From assembly GCA_015661855.1 (NCBI GenBank), contig DQVH01000134.1, forward strand, positions 9,028 through 33,027: a DNA stretch of 24,000 nucleotides, read 5' to 3'. Of this stretch, positions 14,612 through 23,190 are shown piece by piece. The notes beneath the pieces were generated by a model. That model ran no database searches. It was not told the origin of the DNA and saw only the letters and a program-made list of their open reading frames with translations. This stretch comes from Desulfurococcales archaeon. GTDB lineage: Archaea; Thermoproteota; Thermoprotei_A; CAZTBM01; SZUA-1508. Each line of letters opens with the position of its first letter. The first letter of the stretch is position 1. The position numbers and the translations under genes were made by a program.

Positions 14612-16204
14612 TTGAAGCGTGTAAGGAGTTCAAAGTGGCCGCCTAAAATTAACATTAAAGTTGTATATGCTAATCTTAAACAGTATGATAATTTGGATAA
14701 TATGGTACTGGACAAATACAGTGTTGATTTAACTAACATATTCATAACAGCCGATGGTAAATACTTAATCCATGACCCACCTGTATCAGATTATGAGTTA
14801 GAGGAGATTTCCAATAAAGCTTCAGATTTACTCTTTCTAATACCAGACAATGTACCATTACGTGAAGATGAACTTAGGAAAATTATTAATGACTTTTTCG
14901 GTAATGAGAAATATTCTTATCTACTTATGAGAGAGCTTATAGGTTATTCAGCTCTATACCCTGCTATTAAGGACCCCTATGTCGAGGATATCCAGATACC
15001 AGGGCCTTCCACTCCAGCAAGAATAATGCATTCACTATATGGCCCTTTGATCTCGAATATAGTATTTAATGAGTCCGAGCTTGATAGCTTAGTTGAAAGA
15101 CTTGTACATATTAGTGGTAAAAGTGTATCAATATATCAGCCTATGTTATCCGTAAGGTTACCCGATGGACATAGATTAACAGTTACATATAAGAGGGAGA
15201 TTGGATATAAAGGTTCCACCATCACTATTAGGAAATTCCCTGAAAGACCCTGGAGTATTACAATGCTTCTTGAAAAGAACACTATAAATCCATTAGTGGC
15301 AGCCTGGCTTATGCTCCTAATTGAACGGAGGAAGGCAATACTTGTAACTGGCGCTATGGGTACAGGTAAAACATCATTAATAAATGCATTAACGAATATG
15401 ATACCTGAAAGAGCATCAGTAATAACTATTGAGGATACACCTGAACTTAAGCTTGCTCATCCATACTGGATTCCTTTAATAACGAGGGAATCCTATAGTC
15501 TTGATGAACGTGGAACAATTGATATGTTCAAGCTTGTGAAACATGCATTAAGAATGTCAGCAGACTATATAATTATAGGGGAGGTTAGAGGAGAGGAAGC
15601 TAGAATTTGGGCTAACGCACTACTCTCCGGTCATGGAGGTTTAACTAGTTTCCATGCTGAATCAGCTATCTCAAGTGTTCAAAGACTTATAAGTGACCCC
15701 CTCAAGGTTGAACCTGGATCACTCATAGCATTAAGGAATATTGTTGTGTTGAGGAGGCTTACTGTAAGGAGAGAAGATAAGGGATTTGAGCGTAAACTGT
15801 TCCTAAGAAGGATAGTTGATGTATACGATCTAGAAATTAATGGGAGAAACGTTATTCTCAATCGTTTATTCCACTATAATATCAAAAGTGATAGGTTAGA
15901 AGTAGTCTCCATAGATAAACTCCTTAACACCTATACAGCGAGAATGATTATGGATGAAACAGGTTGGTCTAAAAGCGAATTACTTGAGAATTTAATGTTT
16001 AGAGCAAAGTTTATTGAGTATTTACGTCGTGAAGCAAAATTACACAACGAGCTATATGATTATAGAGTTGTTACTCAAATGTTTTGGAAATTCTATGAGG
16101 ATCAACATCAATTTAAAAATGTAGAAAATATCGAACTAGAGCTATATGAGTGTAATAAAGAATCCATTGAAAGGGTGTCCTTAGAGGCTACTAGAAATGA
16201 CTAA
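14612..16204 (+). CDS. Type IV pilus/archaellum-type secretion ATPase (FlaI/PilB/TadA-like, VirB11 superfamily)
   Basis: ORF track (TTG at 14612; ATG at 14702 is an alternative). Motifs seen: YLIHDPPVSDYELEE (cf. Y.V.EP N-terminal motif), Walker A GAMGTGKTS, Asp box ITIEDTPEL, Walker B DYIIIGEVRGEEA, His box GHGGLTSFHA. Confidence 0.9.
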   Translation: MKRVRSSKWPPKINIKVVYANLKQYDNLDNMVLDKYSVDLTNIFITADGKYLIHDPPVSDYELEEISNKASDLLFLIPDNVPLREDELRKIINDFFGNEKYSYLLMRELIGYSALYPAIKDPYVEDIQIPGPSTPARIMHSLYGPLISNIVFNESELDSLVERLVHISGKSVSIYQPMLSVRLPDGHRLTVTYKREIGYKGSTITIRKFPERPWSITMLLEKNTINPLVAAWLMLLIERRKAILVTGAMGTGKTSLINALTNMIPERASVITIEDTPELKLAHPYWIPLITRESYSLDERGTIDMFKLVKHALRMSADYIIIGEVRGEEARIWANALLSGHGGLTSFHAESAISSVQRLISDPLKVEPGSLIALRNIVVLRRLTVRREDKGFERKLFLRRIVDVYDLEINGRNVILNRLFHYNIKSDRLEVVSIDKLLNTYTARMIMDETGWSKSELLENLMFRAKFIEYLRREAKLHNELYDYRVVTQMFWKFYEDQHQFKNVENIELELYECNKESIERVSLEATRND

Positions 16205-17852
16205 AGCATATTTAAGGAGAAATAAGATCATAGTGGCTCTCGCAAATAGGCTTAAAAACCACCTCTTAATAGCATTAACGACTAAACATCCATATGATGT
16301 AGCTTTACACATACTACTTTCAATAGTTGTAGCATTAATAAGCTTACCACTAACATGTATACTAGAGTTCTTAGGGGTAACCTTATCGCCATGGATTAAA
16401 CTAGCCTTACTACCTATAATTCTTACTCCAGTAGTAATGTTACTATATTATACTAAGATAGGTAAGTTCATAAGGGCTATTAAAAGTGAGAGAGAACTAC
16501 CATTCATTGTACACTACCTCTACATGGCAGCTGCTGCCGGTATTGCACCATCACGTGCACTCTACAGAGTTAAAGATTTAATTAGCTTTAAATGGTTTAA
16601 GAGAGAGATAGGTCAGGTAATAAAGATACGTATATTATATGCACTTAACCCTCTAGATGCTATAATATACCACTTTAGATATCACCCATCCCAGCTAGTA
16701 TCAAAGGTTATAACCTCCGTTATAGGTAGTGAAAGGGGAGGGAGTGATATCTGCTCTATTTTGAAGGAGAAAACTGAGATGCTATTTAAACTACTTGAAG
16801 AGAAAATTAATACTATACCTTCAAAGTACTCTTTAATATCATCACTTGAAGTTTTAGCATTTATAGTGGTACCAATAAGTATACTGGGTGTAGGCTCTGT
16901 CTTCGCATTACTAGACATGAATGTTCTGGTAATATATGGTATATTATTACCAATAATGTTTGCTATAGTGATAAGTTTAAGTATTGATACATTAATACCT
17001 AAGGAGCTCTATACAACACCAGACTATAAGCTAATAATAGTATCAGCTTTACTATCAACAGTAGTATTTATTATAACTATGCTACTAAAACTTACACCTT
17101 TACATATAGGAGTATCACTATCCCTTACTCTACCATTCATACCATCAGCCATATTTTACAATATTAGAGTGTTGAGGGAGTATAGTGTTATTCCTGAATT
17201 ACCTAGAATTGCTCGAGATATAACTGAGGAGATCAAGAAAGGTAAATCACCACTACAGGCATTAAAAACAATATTAATGATGCATCACTACCCAAGTAGT
17301 ATAGCTAAAGTGTTGAGAGAATTAGCTGTATGTTTATCGCTTGGAATATCTATAAAGCATTTTATTCGTGAAAAGAAACCTCCAAGGATAATTTCTTACT
17401 TTCTTGAACTACTGAATGAAGCTGAGGGTATGGGGGCTGACCCTAAGGTGTTTGAAACATTAACAAACATATACAGTAGAATTGGGGATATCTACTCGTC
17501 TCTAACTAGTAAGAGTAGAGTTTTTAGAATTGGAGGATACATTTCAACAGTGGTAATGGCGATTTCAGTGACATTAACATTAAACACCATAATTAGCTTA
17601 ATCAGTAAAGTATATGCTAACCCTCTAACTATACAGCTACCGCTATTTTCACCATTTAGTCATGTAAACTTAATTCTTATAGAGGAGTTAACTAAAACGA
17701 GTATACTACTCAACTCATTCCTACTAGGATTACTAGGTGGAAAGGGGAGTAGTGGAAGCTTAGTTTATGGAGTATTAGATGCAATAATTTGCACACTACT
17801 ATCAATATGTGTAATCAGTTTTACACCAACACTAATAAATTTGGTAATTTAA
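16197..17852 (+). CDS. Type IV pilus platform membrane protein (FlaJ/TadC/PilC-like)
   Basis: ORF track. Its ATG overlaps the ATPase stop by 8 nt (ATGACTAA). A 551-aa polytopic protein with two soluble helical blocks between TM clusters, the usual layout and genomic partner of the archaeal secretion ATPase. Confidence 0.8.
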   Translation: MTKAYLRRNKIIVALANRLKNHLLIALTTKHPYDVALHILLSIVVALISLPLTCILEFLGVTLSPWIKLALLPIILTPVVMLLYYTKIGKFIRAIKSERELPFIVHYLYMAAAAGIAPSRALYRVKDLISFKWFKREIGQVIKIRILYALNPLDAIIYHFRYHPSQLVSKVITSVIGSERGGSDICSILKEKTEMLFKLLEEKINTIPSKYSLISSLEVLAFIVVPISILGVGSVFALLDMNVLVIYGILLPIMFAIVISLSIDTLIPKELYTTPDYKLIIVSALLSTVVFIITMLLKLTPLHIGVSLSLTLPFIPSAIFYNIRVLREYSVIPELPRIARDITEEIKKGKSPLQALKTILMMHHYPSSIAKVLRELAVCLSLGISIKHFIREKKPPRIISYFLELLNEAEGMGADPKVFETLTNIYSRIGDIYSSLTSKSRVFRIGGYISTVVMAISVTLTLNTIISLISKVYANPLTIQLPLFSPFSHVNLILIEELTKTSILLNSFLLGLLGGKGSSGSLVYGVLDAIICTLLSICVISFTPTLINLVI

Positions 17853-18102
17853 AGTATCAATGGCATTAACTATATCAAAACCAAATAGGAGATGTAAACT
17901 TTCATTGAAATTGCCTGATTCAAAATGATATGGATAATACCCACCTAAGCAATTAGGATAATGTTCAAAGCTTAAATGAATACAAGCTAAATGAGGTAAA
18001 CAGTGGAATGTAGATTAAAGGTAGTAGCTAACTCCAGGATGTGTAGGCTAAAGATGTTATGGTATTAGAGTTACCAGTATTTAGAGTTGTAAAATAAGTT
18101 GA

Positions 18103-18114
18103 CAACTATAGTTG
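18103..18114. repeat. Perfect 12-bp palindrome CAACTATAGTTG in the 350-bp spacer upstream of trxB
   Basis: Read directly from the sequence. It lies about 100 bp upstream of the trxB start. A regulatory role is only a guess. Confidence 0.85.
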
Positions 18115-18202
18115 ATAATGAAGCTATATAAGAAGGTATGAAGAGTATTCAGCATACACTATAAAAGGGGATTGTTTTAGAGAGTATTGTGAACATCTAA
18201 AG

Positions 18203-19186
18203 TTGAAGGGTAATAGTATGAGTTTAAGATTAGAGTTAGCTTTAAAGAGTAAGGATATTGTTAGGGAGAGAGAGTACGATGTAATAGTTGTTGGTGGAGG
18301 ACCCGCGGGTATAACGGCTGCAATATATTTAGCACGATACCTTCTCAAAACACTATTAATTACGAAGAGTATTGGAGGTAAAATACTACACACTTACATT
18401 GTAGAGAACTATCCTGGATTCAAAAGCATAGAGTCGTACAAACTTATAAAGTATTTCGAAGAACATATCAGATCATATAATGTACCAATATTAATTGATG
18501 AAGTTACTGATATTGTAAAACACAATCAACTATTTAAAGTTAGTACACGAAATAATGGAGAATTTGTAAGTAAAGCAGTAATATTAGCTATTGGTGTTGA
18601 GAAAAGGAGGCTTAATGTTCCTGGAGAGAAGGAATTTATAGGTAAAGGTGTATCATACTGTGCTGTCTGTGACGCCCCTTTGTTTAAGGGTAAAGAGGTA
18701 GCAGTTATTGGGGGTGGTGATTCAGCAGTAACAAGTGCACTACTGCTATCACGTTACGCTACCAAAGTATATTTAATATGTAAAGAAAGTAAGTTAATAG
18801 CACAACCAATACTTATTGAGCGCCTTAAGAAAACAAAAAACATATACATAATACTTAATGACGAAGTTATCGAAATAAATGGTAGAGATAGGGTTGAATG
18901 TATAAAATTGAAGTCAGGTAGAGCCTTAGGTGTAAGTGGAGTATTCATTGAAGTAGGTTTGGAACCCCCTATAGAGTTTCTTAGAAAGCTGGGACTTAAG
19001 TTGACAAGTGAGGGTTACGTTGAAGTTAAACCTGATCAGTCAACAAATATAGCAGGATTATTTGCTGCTGGCGACATAACAAATGCATGTAACAATTTTA
19101 AACAGATAATTACAGCTGCAGCTCAAGGGGCTATAGCAGCAAAGTCAGCATATGAGTATTTACAGCAAATACTTAGCCAACAATAA
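18203..19186 (+). CDS. trxB: Thioredoxin-disulfide reductase
   Basis: ORF track (TTG at 18203; ATG at 18218 is more likely). Motifs seen: VIVVGGGPAGITAAIY (FAD), the redox-active CAVCDA, VIGGGDSAVTSA (NAD(P)H) and GLFAAGD. Confidence 0.9.
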   Translation: MKGNSMSLRLELALKSKDIVREREYDVIVVGGGPAGITAAIYLARYLLKTLLITKSIGGKILHTYIVENYPGFKSIESYKLIKYFEEHIRSYNVPILIDEVTDIVKHNQLFKVSTRNNGEFVSKAVILAIGVEKRRLNVPGEKEFIGKGVSYCAVCDAPLFKGKEVAVIGGGDSAVTSALLLSRYATKVYLICKESKLIAQPILIERLKKTKNIYIILNDEVIEINGRDRVECIKLKSGRALGVSGVFIEVGLEPPIEFLRKLGLKLTSEGYVEVKPDQSTNIAGLFAAGDITNACNNFKQIITAAAQGAIAAKSAYEYLQQILSQQ

Positions 19187-19264
19187 GCTGTTAAAATAAA
19201 GTGGGCCATAGGCTTTGAAGTTTAGGGGGCTTAAACCTATTATGGAGAGTCATGGGGATAGACC

Positions 19265-19891
19265 ATGCTCCCCAACCACAATAACGTATTGAAGTACATA
19301 ATGGGTAATAGTCTTTATAGGAATGTTTATTTTGTTACAGCTAAATACTTAAGTTTAGATGATGACGTACATGGTATACCCCATACGTTAAGAGTGTTAA
19401 AGATAGCATTAGATATCGCTTGTAGAGTGAAAGCACGTGTAGACACGGACATTCTTGTGGTAGCAACACTACTTCACGATATTGGTAGATCTATTGAAAA
19501 CATGGAGAATATTCATCATGCACTATTGAGTGCTAGAATTGCTGAGCAAGAGTTAAAGAAGCTTAAATTAGATGAATGGAAGATTACCAGAATAGTTGAA
19601 GCTATTAAAGCACATAGTTTCTCATTAAACTATCCAGCTAAAACTATTGAGGCAAAAATACTTAGTGATGCAGATAAAATTGATGCTATAGGGGCTATAG
19701 GTATCGCTAGAGCATTTATTGAATCAGCTAGGAGAGGTCGAAATATTAGTGGGACAATTACACACTTCCATGAAAAGCTAGTTAACCTTATAAACTTACT
19801 CTACCTTGAAGAATCAAAGGAGATAGCGTTAGAACGCCACAACTTTATGGTACAGTTCTTTGAAAAACTTAGGAAAGAGATGTCTTATTAG
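19265..19891 (+). CDS. HD-domain metal-dependent phosphohydrolase
   Basis: ORF track. Motifs seen: HGIPHTLRV ... LLHDIGR (H...HD) ... DADKIDAIG. Confidence 0.8.
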   Translation: MLPNHNNVLKYIMGNSLYRNVYFVTAKYLSLDDDVHGIPHTLRVLKIALDIACRVKARVDTDILVVATLLHDIGRSIENMENIHHALLSARIAEQELKKLKLDEWKITRIVEAIKAHSFSLNYPAKTIEAKILSDADKIDAIGAIGIARAFIESARRGRNISGTITHFHEKLVNLINLLYLEESKEIALERHNFMVQFFEKLRKEMSY

Positions 19892-19985
19892 TATAGTTTA
19901 ATATAGTGCTTGTGTTAAATAATTTAATGCACACCTGATACGGTATGTTAGAGTCATCTAATGTAATGGAGAATTAACGTTAGTA

Positions 19986-20063
19986 TGGTGGGCCCGCGGG
20001 GATTTGAACCCCGGACCTCCGCCTCGTCAGGGCGGCGTCCTAACCAGGCTAGACGACGGGCCC
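19986..20063 (-). tRNA. tRNA-Val (anticodon GAC), CCA encoded, no intron
   Basis: The reverse complement folds by hand into a full cloverleaf: acceptor GGGCCCG/CGGGCCC, D stem GUCU/GGAC, anticodon stem CCGCC/GGCGG with loop CU-GAC-GA, variable loop AGGUC, T arm CGGGG-UUCAAAU-CCCCG, discriminator A73, then CCA. Confidence 0.95.
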
Positions 20064-20218
20064 TACCTGCTCTACACATTTAATACAGTCGGGACTTAAA
20101 ATTTTATCTGTAAACTTCATTTATTCATTATAGACATTAGGAGATAGGCGTTGAAAACATACACTCTCTAAGTAATTTAATGTACTTATGGGGAGACATT
20201 TAGTAAACCTTAAAACCT

Positions 20219-20248
20219 CTACTCTAGTATACATCATTACTAGAGTAG
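20219..20248. repeat. Perfect 11-bp inverted repeat (CTACTCTAGTA - 8 nt - TACTAGAGTAG) ending 3 nt before tRNA-Asn
   Basis: Read directly from the sequence. The loop is TACATCAT. Function is unknown; it could be a leader hairpin or a protein-binding palindrome. Confidence 0.9.
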
Positions 20249-20251
20249 GGT

Positions 20252-20327
20252 GCCGCGGTAGCTCAGCGGGTAGAGCGCCGGGCTGTTAACCCGGTGGTCG
20301 GAGGTTCAAATCCTCCCCGCGGCGCCA
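20252..20327 (+). tRNA. tRNA-Asn (anticodon GUU), CCA encoded, no intron
   Basis: Hand-folded cloverleaf: acceptor GCCGCGG/CCGCGGC, D arm GCUC-AGCGGGUA-GAGC, anticodon stem CCGGG/CCCGG with loop CU-GUU-AA, variable loop UGGUC, T arm GGAGG-UUCAAAU-CCUCC, discriminator G73, then CCA. Confidence 0.95.
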
Positions 20328-20439
20328 TCCTAATTCTAACATTACAGTTTCAGCTAGTAAGCTGTGCATAGAATATACTCCACTATCCCAATACGTAAAT
20401 TACGTAAATTATTAGTTGAAATTGTGATTTGAGATACCT

Positions 20440-21306
20440 CTATGTTTGTATTAGTGGATTCCTGTATATTGGTGTATTAAGTATGGCTATGTGTGTTCTT
20501 GCACTATAGAATTTAGTGTTAACATTTCTCTCCTTCAATATTCTCTCTACCTGTTCTACTGTTAGGTTTAGTGGGTCTAATTTTAGCGATGCTAATATAA
20601 AGTTGCATGCGTAACTAAAGCTTGGTATCCAAACATTATACTCTCTTATTAAGGGGAATGCGCTTTTCACCGCTTCAAGTACTTTCCTATATACGTTTTC
20701 GAAGAAGAATGATGATCCAGCTTGAGTTACTATTATGCCATTATCGTCTGCTAGTATATCCCTGACTTTTCTATAGAATTTCTCTTTATATAGTTCGAGG
20801 GAAAGTTTTGAACTGTATGGGTCTGTTAGGTCGAGTATTACTACATCGAATTTTTCATTAGTTGTTTCAACATATTCTTTACCGTCTGCTATAACAAGTT
20901 TTAGTCTTGGATCATAAAATGCACCTTTATGCATACACTCAAGATACTTTTTAGCTAACTCAATTAGCTCCCCATCGATATCAACCATTACAACATGTTT
21001 AACAGTATTATGTTTTAATACTTCCCTTACAGTGGCTCCCTCACCACCGCCTATTACTAACACTTTTTCAGGTTTAGGATGGGTTACCATAGCTGGGTGA
21101 ACTAATACCTCATGGTAAATGTATTCATCAGATTCTGTTGACTGTATATAGCCATCAAGTATCAGTGATATACCGTATTCATCTAGGTCAGCAATAACAA
21201 CATCTTGATATTTAGTTTTCTTTCTAACGATTATTTTCTTTAAAGGCATGATATTGTAAGTTTTATTTGAGACGGGCTGAACTAGAGTAAGGTATGGTAT
21301 TTTCAT
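20440..21306 (-). CDS. speE: Spermidine synthase / polyamine aminopropyltransferase
   Basis: ORF track. Motifs seen: YHEVLVHP, VLVIGGGEGATVREVLKH, VMVDIDGELIE and ILDLTDP. Confidence 0.9.
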   Translation of the reverse strand: MKIPYLTLVQPVSNKTYNIMPLKKIIVRKKTKYQDVVIADLDEYGISLILDGYIQSTESDEYIYHEVLVHPAMVTHPKPEKVLVIGGGEGATVREVLKHNTVKHVVMVDIDGELIELAKKYLECMHKGAFYDPRLKLVIADGKEYVETTNEKFDVVILDLTDPYSSKLSLELYKEKFYRKVRDILADDNGIIVTQAGSSFFFENVYRKVLEAVKSAFPLIREYNVWIPSFSYACNFILASLKLDPLNLTVEQVERILKERNVNTKFYSARTHIAILNTPIYRNPLIQT

Positions 21307-21333
21307 ACTATTCTAACCTCCATATATAGCTAA

Positions 21334-21346
21334 GTCTGATTCAGAC
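21334..21346. repeat. 13-bp palindrome GTCTGA-T-TCAGAC just upstream of the speE TATA region
   Basis: Read directly from the sequence. It lies 28-40 nt upstream of the speE ATG (21306), next to GCTATATATG on the minus strand. Confidence 0.85.
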
Positions 21347-21496
21347 TCCGATGCAGATAAGAGTTGCGGAATATATACTTTAGGGCTTTATTGTATCCTC
21401 CATTTACAAGAAATACTTCTGATAATGATCAGTTGGTGCATAAGATTTATATTTAGTATATATTTTTGGTAAGATGGTAAGGTTCGGGCTGATATT

Positions 21497-21694
21497 ATGC
21501 CGATAGAAATTTATGATAAAGAGGAGTTTAGGAAAATCGCTGAGAGAGCTATAGAGTGTCGAGTTAAAAGGTTAAAGGATGTTGTTAAAATAAAGGCTAG
21601 GACTAAAAGGTACCTTTACACAATAAAGGTTAAACCTGAGGAAGCAGATGAATTCATAAAGACTTTAAAGTGTCGTAGAATAGTTGAGGTCTAG
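21497..21694 (+). CDS. rpl38e: Ribosomal protein L38e
   Basis: ORF track. The 65-aa MPIEIYDKEEFRKIAERA...VKIKARTKRYLYTIKVKPEEADEFIKTL aligns with eukaryotic and crenarchaeal L38e (..KFKVRCSRYLYTL...). Confidence 0.85.
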   Translation: MPIEIYDKEEFRKIAERAIECRVKRLKDVVKIKARTKRYLYTIKVKPEEADEFIKTLKCRRIVEV

Positions 21695-21696
21695 CT

Positions 21697-22956
21697 CTAA
21701 TCCTCTAACTCTACTCTCATACCATTCCTTGCTACAATAACTTCTATTCCAAGCTCCTCCATAATATTTTGTGCCAGCTTTGATGCAGGTTCATACTCGC
21801 TATGAACTATTATCACTTTCTCTAAATTCTCTATGCTCTTAACAATCTCCATTAACTCACGTTTACCTGCATGACTTGAGAAATCAAACCATTCAACTCT
21901 AGCCTTAACACGTACTCCACCTTCACCCCACGACCCTGTAGCTAGAATGTTATAGCCTGGAGTATTGGGTGCTTGAAAGCTCACTAGGAATATAGCGTTC
22001 TTTTCATTTTCATAAATTCTCTTCAGATAATATAGTGCTGGACCTCCTTTAAGCATTCCAGCACTTGCAACTATAACGCATGGGCTATCTAGTATATGTT
22101 TTCTTATATACCATCCTCTAACCTCATTATACGCTACAATAGCGTCTTCGAAGAGTGTCTTCTCATTTAAGAAGTCAAGATTTGATAAGAGTATCTTATT
22201 GATTTCTCTGACCATACCATCATAGAATACTGGTTCAATACCATACTTTTTCAGTACACATAGAATCTCCTGGGATCTACTTAATGCAAATGCGGGTATA
22301 AGTACTATGCCATTGTTCTCAAGAACTTCCTTAACAGCTTCAATAAATCTTTTCTCAACTTGATCTCTGGGAGGGTGTGTTGCATCAGCATATGTTGCCT
22401 CCAATATTAAGTATTCAGCTTTAACTCCATTAAATGATGCTCCCTTAACGAGGTTAGTATCTATGGTGTTGACATCGCCTGTAAATATTAGACTTTTACG
22501 TTTACCGTGGATTATAGTCATCATACTACCAGGGATGTGTCCGGCACTAGCAAACTCAAGTCTAATATTGCCTTCATCTATTATATCACCATACCTTACA
22601 GTCTCAACATTTTGAACCAGCTTATTTACCTCGTAATATTCGAATGGTAAGTGGTAACCTGAAATATTTAAGAAGTCTTCAAACATAGGTTTCACTAAGT
22701 CTCTTGTAACTTTTGTAGTATATACTTTGATATTTGATGAAATGTATAGTAGTGGAGCAGCACCTATGTGATCAAGATGTGCATGAGATAACGTTAGAAT
22801 ATCAACTCTTTTAGGTTCAATATGTAGTGGTAGCTGGGGTATATCGTTTTCATCAAAGTTGATACCATAGTCTAATAGTACATTAGCTCCGTTAACACTT
22901 ACATGAACAGCTAACCTACCTATCTCACTCCCACCACCTAGTATTTCAACTCTCAA
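21697..22956 (-). CDS. Metallo-beta-lactamase / beta-CASP ribonuclease (aCPSF2-like, no KH domains)
   Basis: ORF track. Motifs seen: LSHAHLDHIGAAP (HxHxDH), SAGHIPGS, FTGD and a C-terminal FSSHAG...VIIVHSE (beta-CASP motifs B/C). The 419-aa size fits the short archaeal CPSF group. Confidence 0.8.
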   Translation of the reverse strand: MRVEILGGGSEIGRLAVHVSVNGANVLLDYGINFDENDIPQLPLHIEPKRVDILTLSHAHLDHIGAAPLLYISSNIKVYTTKVTRDLVKPMFEDFLNISGYHLPFEYYEVNKLVQNVETVRYGDIIDEGNIRLEFASAGHIPGSMMTIIHGKRKSLIFTGDVNTIDTNLVKGASFNGVKAEYLILEATYADATHPPRDQVEKRFIEAVKEVLENNGIVLIPAFALSRSQEILCVLKKYGIEPVFYDGMVREINKILLSNLDFLNEKTLFEDAIVAYNEVRGWYIRKHILDSPCVIVASAGMLKGGPALYYLKRIYENEKNAIFLVSFQAPNTPGYNILATGSWGEGGVRVKARVEWFDFSSHAGKRELMEIVKSIENLEKVIIVHSEYEPASKLAQNIMEELGIEVIVARNGMRVELED

Positions 22957-23190
22957 TATTCTCTCCCTCTAATTCTGCTTCCCATACGCTACTCTTACTT
23001 GTTTAAACAGCTTGAATAAGGGGTATATAAAAACCTTTAGACTACTGTACTTAATGAAAGTATATGCCCACATAGTTAGTATTATTCCCTTATAAATTCT
23101 GAGAGTCGAGTATTTTAGTTTAATAATTCATTAGAAATATAGAAATACGGAAATGAGAGTGTACTAAGTAGAATAGCCCAGGGAGAATGT

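Noticed and set aside
20392-20409. Tandem 9-bp duplication TACGTAAAT x2 between tRNA-Asn and the speE 3' end
   Set aside because: There are only two copies, it is AT-rich, and it sits in a 3' spacer. This looks like simple slippage. There is no matching copy elsewhere in the window that would make it an att site.
19986-20439. Possible integrated element at the tRNA genes
   Set aside because: No direct repeat of either tRNA 3' half, no integrase or other mobile-element gene, and the flanking genes (HD hydrolase, speE) are ordinary housekeeping genes.
20709-20765. C/D-like motif antisense to speE: perfect AUGAUGA and CUGA 57 nt apart, with a possible 5-bp terminal stem (AGAAG/CUUUU)
   Set aside because: There are no recognisable D' or C' boxes at the 12-nt positions. 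It lies entirely inside and antisense to a conserved CDS, and the stem is a purine or pyrimidine run. No target complementarity was recognised. Chance occurrence is plausible, though a small-RNA-seq check would be cheap.
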